The notes below the pieces were generated by a model that did no database searches, was not told the DNA's origin, and saw only the letters and a list, made by a program, of their open reading frames with translations. 64,000 nt of DNA from a virus (Duplodnaviria; Caudoviricetes), in the IMG/VR virus record IMGVR_UViG_3300021958_000023, positions 32,001-96,000 of that record; one strand, given 5' to 3'. A program made the position numbers and the translations under genes. Below, piece after piece: positions 46,773-55,813 of this stretch (the first letter of the stretch is position 1; every line of letters begins with the position of its first letter).

Positions 46773-48518
46773 GTGATGAACTATACAGAACTAAAACAAC
46801 TAGTCGCTCGATATGCACATGAGTATTATGATCTTGCAAAACCAAGTGTCACAGATCAAGAGTGGGATGCTCTTTATGATCAGTTGTGTGAAACTGAGCG
46901 TCGTCAAGGTTGGAGAGACGCAGATTCTCCCTCTCTCAGAGTCGGAGGTAGTGCAGGAAAAATTAGACATCCTTTTAAACTATACTCCTTACAAAAAAGT
47001 TATGATCGTGCAGAGATTGGTACAGAGTTTAATGTTGTATTACCTAAACTTGATGGTGCAAATCTTTCACTAATCTATCGAGCAGGCAAGCTAGATCGCG
47101 CTGTTACTCGTGGCAATGGTGAGTATGGTGAAGATGTTACTCATCTAATGCCTTATTGTGCGAGTGTTCCACAAACCATTTCAATTGACTCAGCTGTTAT
47201 TGTTGGCGAGTGTGTCACAGATAATGAGGTAGAAAACTTCAGAAACTATGTGAGTGGCGCGCTTGGTCTAAAAGATGCTGAAGAGTTTCGTGATCGTGCT
47301 ATTCGATTTATTGCGCACGACTCACTCGGAGTACAAGCTGACTATACTATCAGAATGAAAATTGTAAAAACAGCTGGGTTTCAGACTGTTTTTGAACAAG
47401 ATTTGTGTGGACAATATCCGCAAGATGGTGTAGTATATAGAATAGATTCATGGAAAGAGTGTGAGCGTCTTGGATACACTTCAAAGTATCCACGATTTGC
47501 AATAGCACTAAAAGAGAGGGGAGCACTTCTTGCCACTACTCGTCTACAATCAGTAGAGTGGGTAATTGGCCGTACTGGTGCAGTTAATCCTGTAGGTCTT
47601 GTTGATCCTGTGGAGATTGATGGCGCACTCATCTCACGTGTTACTCTACACAACATTGAGTTCATTGAATCACATAATCTAGGCGTTGGAGATTTAATAC
47701 AGATCGAACGCTCTGGAGGAGTTATTCCTAAGTTTGTGAGTGTGTTAAAAGCACATCCAAACTCACAAACTGTTGATCAGCTGCACGCTGAACAAGCAAT
47801 CGGCACATCTCTACGCCGTCAAGGACCAAAACTCTTTTGTGATGATGAATCAAAGCGTTCAACAGTAAAACTACTAGAACACTTTATTCGTATAATGGAA
47901 ATTAAAGGCCTTGGTCCGGCATCAATTAAGAAGATGGGTATTACTCATCCTGTTGATTTGTATACGCCGCAATCTTGGCATTTATTAGGTGCAAACGGTT
48001 CTAAGATTCAAGATGAACTAGAACGTTCTTGTACCAAACCGTATTCTCAAGTGTTAGCCGCACTTGGAATCCCTGGAGTAGGTCGCTCAATGTCGCAAGA
48101 TATTGTAGAAATGCTTCCTGCTTTTGGTCGACTGAGAGAGATTGAATATCAGACTATTACTGGTGTCGGTCCAAAAACAGTTGATAATATTTTGGCTTGG
48201 TTAGAAGTAAATGAAGAATGGGTATTACAACTACCAGTTCAGCTAGAACAAGACTTGAGTGTACAAGCTATTATGTCTACTTCTAAAAACAAAAAGGTCT
48301 GTGTGACTGGTAAACTTGATATGACTCGCAATCAAATTACAGATCATCTTGCGAAGTTTGGTTTTCAAGTGACAAACACAGTTACTAAAGACTGTATTGC
48401 TTTAATTAGTGGAGATAGTGACGCTACCTCATCTAAAGCCAAGCGTGCTGAATCTCTGGGCATAAAAATTATCAATTACTGGGATAATCGTGCAGAGATT
48501 CTAAAAGGAATTGTTTAA
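46773..48518 (+). CDS. ligA: NAD-dependent DNA ligase
   Basis: YY...P.VTDQEWD, KLDG, TRGNG..GED, DGVV, PRFAIALK, GRTG, TLHN, HhH motifs, C-terminal BRCT (VCVTGKL). Confidence 0.95.
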   Translation: MMNYTELKQLVARYAHEYYDLAKPSVTDQEWDALYDQLCETERRQGWRDADSPSLRVGGSAGKIRHPFKLYSLQKSYDRAEIGTEFNVVLPKLDGANLSLIYRAGKLDRAVTRGNGEYGEDVTHLMPYCASVPQTISIDSAVIVGECVTDNEVENFRNYVSGALGLKDAEEFRDRAIRFIAHDSLGVQADYTIRMKIVKTAGFQTVFEQDLCGQYPQDGVVYRIDSWKECERLGYTSKYPRFAIALKERGALLATTRLQSVEWVIGRTGAVNPVGLVDPVEIDGALISRVTLHNIEFIESHNLGVGDLIQIERSGGVIPKFVSVLKAHPNSQTVDQLHAEQAIGTSLRRQGPKLFCDDESKRSTVKLLEHFIRIMEIKGLGPASIKKMGITHPVDLYTPQSWHLLGANGSKIQDELERSCTKPYSQVLAALGIPGVGRSMSQDIVEMLPAFGRLREIEYQTITGVGPKTVDNILAWLEVNEEWVLQLPVQLEQDLSVQAIMSTSKNKKVCVTGKLDMTRNQITDHLAKFGFQVTNTVTKDCIALISGDSDATSSKAKRAESLGIKIINYWDNRAEILKGIV

Positions 48519-48647
48519 CAACAAGCAATTACTTTAACTTTTTACTTGGTTATAGCTGATTTCTTCTGATATAATCAATTCATAAAGTTGAGAAAAGAGT
48601 TTTTCAACTTCAAACACAAAACCAAACTTTAAAAGAGGGAAAATAAA

Positions 48648-49331
48648 ATGAGTAAATTTGAATATACTGAAGACATGGTTACCCGTATGGAATCTGCTTG
48701 TGCAAGCGGTGTAACAGAAGACATTATTGAAACACTTTGCGATGAGTTCGAGTTTCCTCGTCGTTCAGTAACTGCAAAGCTTCGCAAGCTTGGATTTGAT
48801 GTTCCTAAGAAGCCTGGTGCAGCACCTGTGTTCTCAGCTGACGAAACTGACGCACTAGCAGCTTTCTTGGCAGAAAACTCTGGTGTTCATACAGCAGAAG
48901 AAATTGCTGATGTATTTGCTGGTGGTAAGTTTACTGCTCGTCAGATCAACGGTAAAGCACTGTCACTTGAAATGACTTCTCATATCAAGCCAGCTGAAAA
49001 GAAGATCACTCCTAAGACCTTTACTGCTGAACAAGAAGCTCAAATCGAAGCACTTGTTAATGCTGGTAAGTATCTTGAAGAAATTGCAGATGAGCTTGGT
49101 CGTCCAGTCAACTCTGTTCGTGGTAAGCTTCTTTCAATGGGTCTTAAAGCAGAACAGCGTGATAAGAAAGCTTCAAAGTCTGATCCATATGAGGGTATCG
49201 AAGATATGCTCGATCAGTCTGTAGAAGATATCGCTGATGCCTTTGGTAAAACTGTGCGTGGTGTTAAGACTGTTCTTACACGTCGTGGCCTTTCATGTGC
49301 AGATTACACACCGAAAGCAAACGAAGGTTAA
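48648..49331 (+). CDS. T5 D5-like DNA-binding protein (repeated HTH units)
   Basis: Repeats RRSVTAKLRKLG / ARQINGKALSLE / VNSVRGKLLSMG / VRGVKTVLTRRG; strongly biased codon usage. Confidence 0.75.
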   Translation: MSKFEYTEDMVTRMESACASGVTEDIIETLCDEFEFPRRSVTAKLRKLGFDVPKKPGAAPVFSADETDALAAFLAENSGVHTAEEIADVFAGGKFTARQINGKALSLEMTSHIKPAEKKITPKTFTAEQEAQIEALVNAGKYLEEIADELGRPVNSVRGKLLSMGLKAEQRDKKASKSDPYEGIEDMLDQSVEDIADAFGKTVRGVKTVLTRRGLSCADYTPKANEG

Positions 49332-49357
49332 TTTTAACCTTTCAAATGTAAAAAGCA

Positions 49358-49387
49358 AGGCAGAGGCTTTTAGTCTCTGCCTACTTG
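49358..49387 (+). terminator. Probable intrinsic terminator
   Basis: AGGCAGAGGC-TTTTA-GTCTCTGCCT hairpin after the D5-like gene; weak U tail. Confidence 0.55.
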
Positions 49388-49391
49388 TGCA

Positions 49392-49688
49392 ATGAAACTG
49401 TACCAACTACCTGAACCTGCATTAGATTATATAATCTCACTCTCTCCTCAACAACGCTATCTCTATCTTAAAGAAGTTGCTTTAAAACAGTTTTCAATAA
49501 CCTTAGACGACAAAGAGATGTTGGAACGTACTATTAAGGCATTAGAGGCTAGTGTTTTGATGGAAAAACTGTATCGAAATAATGAGTTTTTAAAAAAGAA
49601 CTTTACAATGGTATATTCAGATGGTGGAATAGTAAGAAATATGGTTAATGACATATATTATACAGAGGATGATTTAATAGTACACTAA
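49392..49688 (+). CDS. Hypothetical protein
   Basis: Coupled ORF. Confidence 0.65.
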   Translation: MKLYQLPEPALDYIISLSPQQRYLYLKEVALKQFSITLDDKEMLERTIKALEASVLMEKLYRNNEFLKKNFTMVYSDGGIVRNMVNDIYYTEDDLIVH

Positions 49689-50263
49689 TGATACATACTT
49701 TATATAGTGATGATATCTATATCATAAAACTGCCTCAACACAAACAAATAAAAGAACTCTTAATGCCTTTTGCACTAAGAGATGATTTGTTTATAGAGAC
49801 AGAATGGAATTGTGATGTACAAACAACTATGAGTGAAAAAAATCCGGAACTACCTTGGTCAAGGGTAGTTCCTTTTTTTATTGAACAAATGAAAGAGTAT
49901 ATAAAGTGGTTTGAGCCAAAGAAAGCTTTTGAAATAAGAGCAGCTCCGTGGATGTGTAGATATAAAAAAGGAGCTTTTCAAGAACAACATAATCATTTAG
50001 GAATTTTTAATGAACAATTTAGTTGTGCATACTTTATGAATAATCCTCCAAATAGTTCAAAATTTATCTTTTCTAATTCACAAGATTACTATACAGCGGC
50101 TGGTTGGAAAAATTTTTTCGAGAATCCACCAGAAAGACTGTATGAACCTCCTCAAGAAGAGGGAACACTAATTATATTTCCAAGTCATTTAGATCACTAT
50201 GTTACTCCTAATCAGTCTGACGAGACAAGAGTAAGCATTAGTATGAACTTTGCCCTAGTTTAA
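49688..50263 (+). CDS. 2OG-Fe(II) oxygenase
   Basis: W...Y..GAFQEQHNH, FSCAYF, EGTLIIFPSHLDHYV, RVSISMN. Confidence 0.85.
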   Translation: MIHTLYSDDIYIIKLPQHKQIKELLMPFALRDDLFIETEWNCDVQTTMSEKNPELPWSRVVPFFIEQMKEYIKWFEPKKAFEIRAAPWMCRYKKGAFQEQHNHLGIFNEQFSCAYFMNNPPNSSKFIFSNSQDYYTAAGWKNFFENPPERLYEPPQEEGTLIIFPSHLDHYVTPNQSDETRVSISMNFALV

Positions 50264-50320
50264 CCTAACCTAGAGACTGTAAGCGACGGGGTAAAACCGT
50301 CAAACAGAAAGGAAAATGCA

Positions 50321-51274
50321 ATGGAAGCACTTACCTTATGGATGGTAGTTGGATTTTTATTCGCTGCCTATTCCGTTATAGCAAATGATTCAGTACAAAC
50401 TCTCGGTACATGGATCGCATCAAACAATGAGAGATTTAGTTATAAAACAATGTGGATTGCTGCCTCAGCAGTTTTAATATGGGCGTTATGGTACGGTTGG
50501 TATGCTTATGGGGGAGACATTTCTTATGGACGGTTAAATAAAATACCGTTTCAAGAAGTGCAATGGTATCATGCTTTAGCACCTGGAATTCTACTAGTAT
50601 TAACTCGTTTTGGAGTTCCAGTTTCAACATCGTTTTTAGTATTGAGTGCTTTTGCAAGTACATTTGTACTAGAAAAAATGTTAATGAAATCAATTATGGG
50701 ATATGGTATTGCTGCTATTGCTGCATACAGTATTTGGTATTTTGTCAGCCGTTGGTTAAATGAAGGAATACCAGTCAAAGAAAAGCATAAAACTTTTTGG
50801 CGAGTAGCCCAGTGGATAACTACAGGATTGCTTTGGTGGACTTGGTTAAGTCACGATATTGCTAATATTGCGGTATTTTTACCTCGTACATTAACATTTG
50901 ACCTAATGGTAATGGTTAGCGTTGTATTTGTTGCAGGTTTGTATTTTATGTTTCGTGAAAACGGTGGTAAAATACAAAAAATTGTATTAGAAAAACACAA
51001 CACTCGTTATGTTCGTAGTGCTACGTTAATTGATCTTTTTTACTGGTTAATTTTGTGGTTCTTTAAAGAACTAAATGATATTCCAATGTCAACAACTTGG
51101 GTGTTTGTTGGATTACTTGCAGGTCGTGAACTTGCTATTGCAACATTCACAGGCAAGAAAAAAACTCGCAGTGTTTTCCCACTAGTTGGAAAAGACTTTA
51201 TGAAAATGATGATAGGGTTAGCAGCTAGTGTTGCTATTGTATTATTAATTCATGGAGTAATAGCCCCTAACTAA
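50321..51274 (+). CDS. PiT/PHO4-like inorganic phosphate transporter (short form)
   Basis: Multi-TM protein with duplicated PiT-like signatures IANDSVQTLGT and SHDIANIA, plus GVPVSTS and IPMSTT. Confidence 0.7.
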   Translation: MEALTLWMVVGFLFAAYSVIANDSVQTLGTWIASNNERFSYKTMWIAASAVLIWALWYGWYAYGGDISYGRLNKIPFQEVQWYHALAPGILLVLTRFGVPVSTSFLVLSAFASTFVLEKMLMKSIMGYGIAAIAAYSIWYFVSRWLNEGIPVKEKHKTFWRVAQWITTGLLWWTWLSHDIANIAVFLPRTLTFDLMVMVSVVFVAGLYFMFRENGGKIQKIVLEKHNTRYVRSATLIDLFYWLILWFFKELNDIPMSTTWVFVGLLAGRELAIATFTGKKKTRSVFPLVGKDFMKMMIGLAASVAIVLLIHGVIAPN

Positions 51275-51287
51275 TGTAAAATTAACA

Positions 51288-51338
51288 TTGACAGAGACTC
51301 CTGATTAGCGTATTATATAAATACAACTAATCAGGAGT
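51288..51338 (+). promoter_or_regulatory. Promoter embedded in an RBS-sequestering hairpin (uvsE)
   Basis: TTGACA-17-TATTAT; ACTCCTGATTAG (51297-308) pairs with CTAATCAGGAGT (51327-38). Confidence 0.75.
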
Positions 51339-51343
51339 TTTTT

Positions 51344-52414
51344 ATGTACTTTAACAAAACAGAAACTAACTGGCGAATATCTCAATGCTGCCAGTTTCAT
51401 GATAAACAAAAAGCAAAAAGGTATAATTTTGGAACAACAACAAAAACATACGCCCTCAAAGAAGGGGGTAAAGAAAGAGTTCAAGCAAAGGCTCTCGAAA
51501 ACTGTCGCAAGTTGGAAGATATTTTGGAAACATACTTTCCAACTCAGCCAATTCATCTACGGAGTTTTCGTATCTCGTCTGAGTTGTTTCCTTGCTACAC
51601 TCTTGATTTCACCCGTGAATGGTATAAAGAAATTTGGGACGAAATTTCAGAAATACTTTCTAGAGCAGGAAGTAGTGCAAGTAAAAATGAAGTACGTCTT
51701 AGTGTCCATCCTGGGCAATATACTGTTCTGGCTTCTAATAAGCCAGATGTAGTTGAAAAATCAATTGAAGATTTAGAATATCATGCACTGTATGGATCTT
51801 TGATGGGATTACCTGCTGAAGATTTTACAATGAATATTCACTTACAAGGACTATATGGAGGAAAACACGAAGATGGTATTAAACGGTTTGCCACCCACTT
51901 CCCATATCTTTCCGACTACGCCCAAAAGTGTCTTGCAGTCGAGAACGAAGATAAACCCAATGGATATGATATCCAGCACACACTTGAACTTGCGCAACGG
52001 ATCCCTATCAGGTGTACCCTCGACACACACCACTATGCCTGCCATAGAATGGTTGAGACAGAGAGAGTTAAGATTGACGAAAAAACGGTCAATCGGAAAG
52101 TGCGAGACGTGGATCACATCACCCACACAAGTGACTACTTCTTGGAAGCTGTCAAAAGCTGGAGAGGAGTACGCCCGTTGTTCCACAAATCACAATCATT
52201 TCACCCCGACAATATCGATTACTGGATGAAGCCTAATGCTCATTCAGAAACATATTGGGACGAACATCTTATGGCTAATCATGTGCCTATGTTGGAGTAT
52301 GCTGACTTTGATATTGAAGCAAAATTCAAAGAAGTAGCTGTACAAAGATTCTATGATTTTATTAAAGCTGAAGAAGAGTTTGCGGGTGAAGCAATTATCA
52401 CTAAAACAGTTTAG
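51344..52414 (+). CDS. uvsE: UV damage endonuclease UvsE/UvdE
   Basis: FRISSELFP, RLSVHPGQYTVL, NIH, LAVENED, LDTHH, DIEAKFKE. Confidence 0.9.
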   Translation: MYFNKTETNWRISQCCQFHDKQKAKRYNFGTTTKTYALKEGGKERVQAKALENCRKLEDILETYFPTQPIHLRSFRISSELFPCYTLDFTREWYKEIWDEISEILSRAGSSASKNEVRLSVHPGQYTVLASNKPDVVEKSIEDLEYHALYGSLMGLPAEDFTMNIHLQGLYGGKHEDGIKRFATHFPYLSDYAQKCLAVENEDKPNGYDIQHTLELAQRIPIRCTLDTHHYACHRMVETERVKIDEKTVNRKVRDVDHITHTSDYFLEAVKSWRGVRPLFHKSQSFHPDNIDYWMKPNAHSETYWDEHLMANHVPMLEYADFDIEAKFKEVAVQRFYDFIKAEEEFAGEAIITKTV

Positions 52415-52422
52415 GAGGCGCG

Positions 52423-53277
52423 ATGATACTAGTTTGGATAACGTTTCTAACAGCTATTGCTATATCAGGAGTAGCTGCTTGGTTTAGTGTTATCGGACTA
52501 ACACAAATATTTGCGGCAGCATTTTTGCCTGTTGCTATTATGGGAGGCGTGTTAGAACTAGGAAAAGTTGTAGCAGCTGTATGGACCCATCATCATTGGA
52601 GAGACCTATCTGTTATATCAAAAACAATTCTAGTTCCAATAGTAGGTCTTCTGATGGTAGTAACTAGTTTAGGTATTTTTGGACTACTATCAAAAGGACA
52701 TAGTGCCCAAGAAATGCCTATTATCATAGTAGAGCAAAAAGTCGCAGTACTTGATACACAGATTCAGTTTGCTAAAGATAAAGTAACTGGATTAAATGTT
52801 AGACTTAATACACTAAATGAAGCACTAACTAAATATATTGAACTTGGTGCAGTATCTAAAGGCTTAGACAAAACCCAAGAAGATATTTCAAATATACAAT
52901 CACAAATACAATCAGAACTAAATAATATAGCTGATCTAGAACAACAAAAACTTGAAGAAAAACTATCAATTAGTGAAATAGAAGCAGAGCTTGGCCCACT
53001 TAAATATGTGGCTAACTTATTAGGAGAAACAGATAATTTACAAAATGCAGTTACTATTGTTATTTTTATAATTATATTTTGTTTTGATCCTTTAGCACTA
53101 ATTCTACTAGTGTTATCAGTTGATAGAATATTTAATAGACAACAAATATTTGATGCTGAAAACCTAACTAAACTAAAAGCTATTGAGTTAGCTAAGAAAA
53201 AACTAGGCTTAACTAGAGCTCAATCAGAAAAAATGAGTAAAGAGGCGATTGTTCAGCTACTCAATAATGCAAAATAA
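52423..53277 (+). CDS. Membrane protein with coiled coil
   Basis: Three N-terminal TMs (LELGKVVAA, TSLGIFGLLSK), coiled coil, ELGPLKY, FDPLA. Confidence 0.75.
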   Translation: MILVWITFLTAIAISGVAAWFSVIGLTQIFAAAFLPVAIMGGVLELGKVVAAVWTHHHWRDLSVISKTILVPIVGLLMVVTSLGIFGLLSKGHSAQEMPIIIVEQKVAVLDTQIQFAKDKVTGLNVRLNTLNEALTKYIELGAVSKGLDKTQEDISNIQSQIQSELNNIADLEQQKLEEKLSISEIEAELGPLKYVANLLGETDNLQNAVTIVIFIIIFCFDPLALILLVLSVDRIFNRQQIFDAENLTKLKAIELAKKKLGLTRAQSEKMSKEAIVQLLNNAK

Positions 53278-53290
53278 ATGTACATTGTAT

Positions 53291-53335
53291 TTGACAACTA
53301 CCCTCCGTTTTGTTATAATATACAAAATGGAGGGT
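53291..53335 (+). promoter_or_regulatory. Consensus promoter embedded in an RBS-sequestering hairpin
   Basis: TTGACA (53291-96)-17-TATAAT (53314-19); ACCCTCCGTTTTGT pairs with ACAAAATGGAGGGT. Confidence 0.85.
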
Positions 53336-53341
53336 TTTTAA

Positions 53342-54121
53342 ATGGCAAGAGCAAAAGTCAATACAAACGAAATTCCTGAATCAAAAATCAGACAAGTTAT
53401 TTGGATGATAAAAGCCAACAAGACTAAAAAGGCTTGTTGTGAGCATCTTGGTATTGCTTATAATACAAAAAGACTTGATGCTATTATTCAAGAATTTAGA
53501 GATAAAGAAGAAAGACAAAAAGAACTTAAAAAGAAAGCAAGAGCTAAGGTTCTTTCTGAATCTGAAATTAAAAGCATTGTAACTGACTATCTTGATGGAG
53601 ATAATCAGACTAATATTGCAAAACGAATGTATATCAGTCCTCAGCGAGTAAAAAAGATTCTGATAGAAAACAATGTTCCTATCAGAGCAAGAGGAAAAAA
53701 TAAAGCTGCACAAGTAGATCACGTTGTACAAGACTTAGATGTAATTTTTAAAGCTGGAGATAGAGTATTTATTCCTTCTAAAAATACTTTTGCAAAAATT
53801 GCTGAAGTATATGACGAAGAGTGGATTGATTATCATAGATCTCCTATTCGTAGAAAATATATTGAATTACATGGTTTAAAATATGCTAGAAAAAAGTTTG
53901 GTGATTCGTATGAAGGACAAATAGGTGTCCATTATGAAATTTACTGGGAATATGATAATGGTAAATCTTGGAAAGAAGATGCTATTATTCGTGCGATTAA
54001 AAAAGCAGAAACCTATATTGAAGAAACTGGTAGAGAGTGGTATCTAAGCTATATGGAAGGCGATAGAGCAGGATACTTTTCTGGAACTAGAGATAAATTT
54101 TATCCGATAGCGAGTAGATAA
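53342..54121 (+). CDS. T5 D2-like DNA-binding protein
   Basis: TKKACCEHLGIAYNTKRL..II...YLDGD....IAKRMYISPQRVKKIL HTH pattern. Confidence 0.6.
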   Translation: MARAKVNTNEIPESKIRQVIWMIKANKTKKACCEHLGIAYNTKRLDAIIQEFRDKEERQKELKKKARAKVLSESEIKSIVTDYLDGDNQTNIAKRMYISPQRVKKILIENNVPIRARGKNKAAQVDHVVQDLDVIFKAGDRVFIPSKNTFAKIAEVYDEEWIDYHRSPIRRKYIELHGLKYARKKFGDSYEGQIGVHYEIYWEYDNGKSWKEDAIIRAIKKAETYIEETGREWYLSYMEGDRAGYFSGTRDKFYPIASR

Positions 54122-54124
54122 TAG

Positions 54125-55525
54125 ATGAATATTGATCTTCAAAAACTGACAATAAAACGATTATTGTCAGAACAGAATCACGATTTCTTTACAAAGCTTA
54201 GCCCCTACTTTTTCTCAGGGGCTAACTCTTCTATTTATAACAAAATAGAGTCTTACTATAAAGCAAATCTTAAAATACCTTCAGAAGAAGAATTTTACCT
54301 TATCAATAAAGATGTTAACTCTCAAGAATATTTTGAGACACAAATTGTTGCATCTGAAAAGTATAGAGATATTGATAATGATTTTATTATTGCACAACTT
54401 CAAGATCATTTTGTAAGAGAAGAAACAATCTCTTTCTTGGATGGTTATATTGATCAGCTAGAAGATTTAGAAAAAATTGAAATAGTAGATAAAATACAAA
54501 ATCATCTTTTAAAACTTAATAGTGCCTTGCCTACATCAGATGAGTTATTTGATGTAGCTGATCTTGATTTCTTTCCAAGCGCTGATGATTTTAAACTATA
54601 TCCGTCTGGGTTAAGTGCTGAGTATGATGCAATTAATGGCGGTTTCGGATCACAAGAACTTGTTCTTCTTGGAGGCAGACGTGGATCAGGTAAATCTATT
54701 ATATCACTAAACTGTTCTATCAATAGATTTTTACAAGGATCAACTGTTGCGTTTTTTAGTATCGAAATGCGTTACAAAGAAGTACATGATAGGCTTCTCA
54801 GCATTATTAGTGAAGTTCCGTTTCTTGATATCTATAAAAATAAACTAAGTGAAGAACAAAAGTTAAAACTAGCAAAAGCAAAGTTAGATTATTTCTTTGA
54901 TAATACGGATCAAAAAGCAGTTGATTACTATAATGACTTAGAAAAGACAAAAGATTTCAAAGCATTTGAACAAAAGATGAAGTTTGATAAGCCTGAGTAT
55001 AAAGAAAATCGTTTCTTTATTATTGATGACGCTGGACTAACTCTTAATCGTATTGATCATTATTGTAATATGTTTCAAGCTAAATATCCAAGATACACTA
55101 TGGCTTGTGTAGACTATATTAATATCATTCGACACGAAGATCAAAAAGATTGGAAAAGTCAAATTACTATTGCAGAAAACTTAAAACTAATGAGCCGTAA
55201 ATATGATTTAACAATGTTCTCACCTTATCAGATTGATGCTGGTGGTGAGGCTCGTTTTGCAAAGGGTATTCTAGATTCTGCTGATCGTAGTTTTAACTTC
55301 TTTCCGCCCGATGAAAATAATGATCCTAATCGAGTAGCTGTTCATACTACAAAAATTCGTAATGGTAGAACAATGAATTTTGATATCGGCATGAACTGGG
55401 AATGTACTAAAGTTGTAGCAAGTGATTCAAACTTAATCAATGAAAAACCTTTTGCATCTGCAAAGTATGGTAGTGAAGAAGATAAGCAACCAAAACGCAC
55501 AAGAGAAATTGAGCGTGATCTATGA
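54125..55525 (+). CDS. Replicative DnaB-like helicase (T5 D6-like)
   Basis: Walker A GGRRGSGKS, FSIEM, VDYINI, PYQID..GEARFAKGILDSAD, KIRNG. Confidence 0.9.
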   Translation: MNIDLQKLTIKRLLSEQNHDFFTKLSPYFFSGANSSIYNKIESYYKANLKIPSEEEFYLINKDVNSQEYFETQIVASEKYRDIDNDFIIAQLQDHFVREETISFLDGYIDQLEDLEKIEIVDKIQNHLLKLNSALPTSDELFDVADLDFFPSADDFKLYPSGLSAEYDAINGGFGSQELVLLGGRRGSGKSIISLNCSINRFLQGSTVAFFSIEMRYKEVHDRLLSIISEVPFLDIYKNKLSEEQKLKLAKAKLDYFFDNTDQKAVDYYNDLEKTKDFKAFEQKMKFDKPEYKENRFFIIDDAGLTLNRIDHYCNMFQAKYPRYTMACVDYINIIRHEDQKDWKSQITIAENLKLMSRKYDLTMFSPYQIDAGGEARFAKGILDSADRSFNFFPPDENNDPNRVAVHTTKIRNGRTMNFDIGMNWECTKVVASDSNLINEKPFASAKYGSEEDKQPKRTREIERDL

Positions 55526-55701
55526 TAAAAAAGTGGCTACAAAAACGAAAAGATAAAAAAATACATGAAAGACGTATGGAACAAATGAAAAAGAATCCAT
55601 ATAAACGTGTTGATAGTGAAAACATGACTGAGGTTGAAAAAATGGATAAAGGTTTTAATGGTAAAACCTATACAATGAATGGAATAGACATTGACTTCTG
55701 A
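55522..55701 (+). CDS. Small hypothetical protein (59 aa)
   Basis: Not in track. MIKKWLQKRKDKKIHERRMEQMKKNPY...GIDIDF*; ATGA-coupled to the helicase. Confidence 0.55.
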   Translation: MIKKWLQKRKDKKIHERRMEQMKKNPYKRVDSENMTEVEKMDKGFNGKTYTMNGIDIDF

Positions 55702-55813
55702 TACCGTACTTTGGATTATATGGTGTATTATATTTTTAATTACAGTAGCAGCACTACCTTTTATTGTGCGTATGCAATATCTATCAGAATTTTTGGCAAG
55801 GTGTTTTGGATAA
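55691..55813 (+). CDS. Small single-TM protein (40 aa)
   Basis: TTG start; TSDTVLWIIWCIIFLITVAALPFIVRMQYLSEFLARCFG*; TAATG-coupled to the primase. Confidence 0.45.
   Translation: MTSDTVLWIIWCIIFLITVAALPFIVRMQYLSEFLARCFG

Noticed and set aside
51316-51323. TATAAATA T4-type late promoter
   Set aside because: A single occurrence in AT-rich DNA, better explained by the overlapping TTGACA-17-TATTAT promoter. The module is T5-like and no gp55 sigma factor is in the window.
50436-52229. Several overlapping short ORFs inside the transporter and uvsE genes
   Set aside because: Alternative-frame or antisense ORFs within well-supported genes, with no RBS or motif support.
55711-55812. N-terminal extension of the primase in the ORF track
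   Set aside because: The primase more plausibly starts at ATG 55813; the upstream stretch is better explained by a small TM ORF in another frame.
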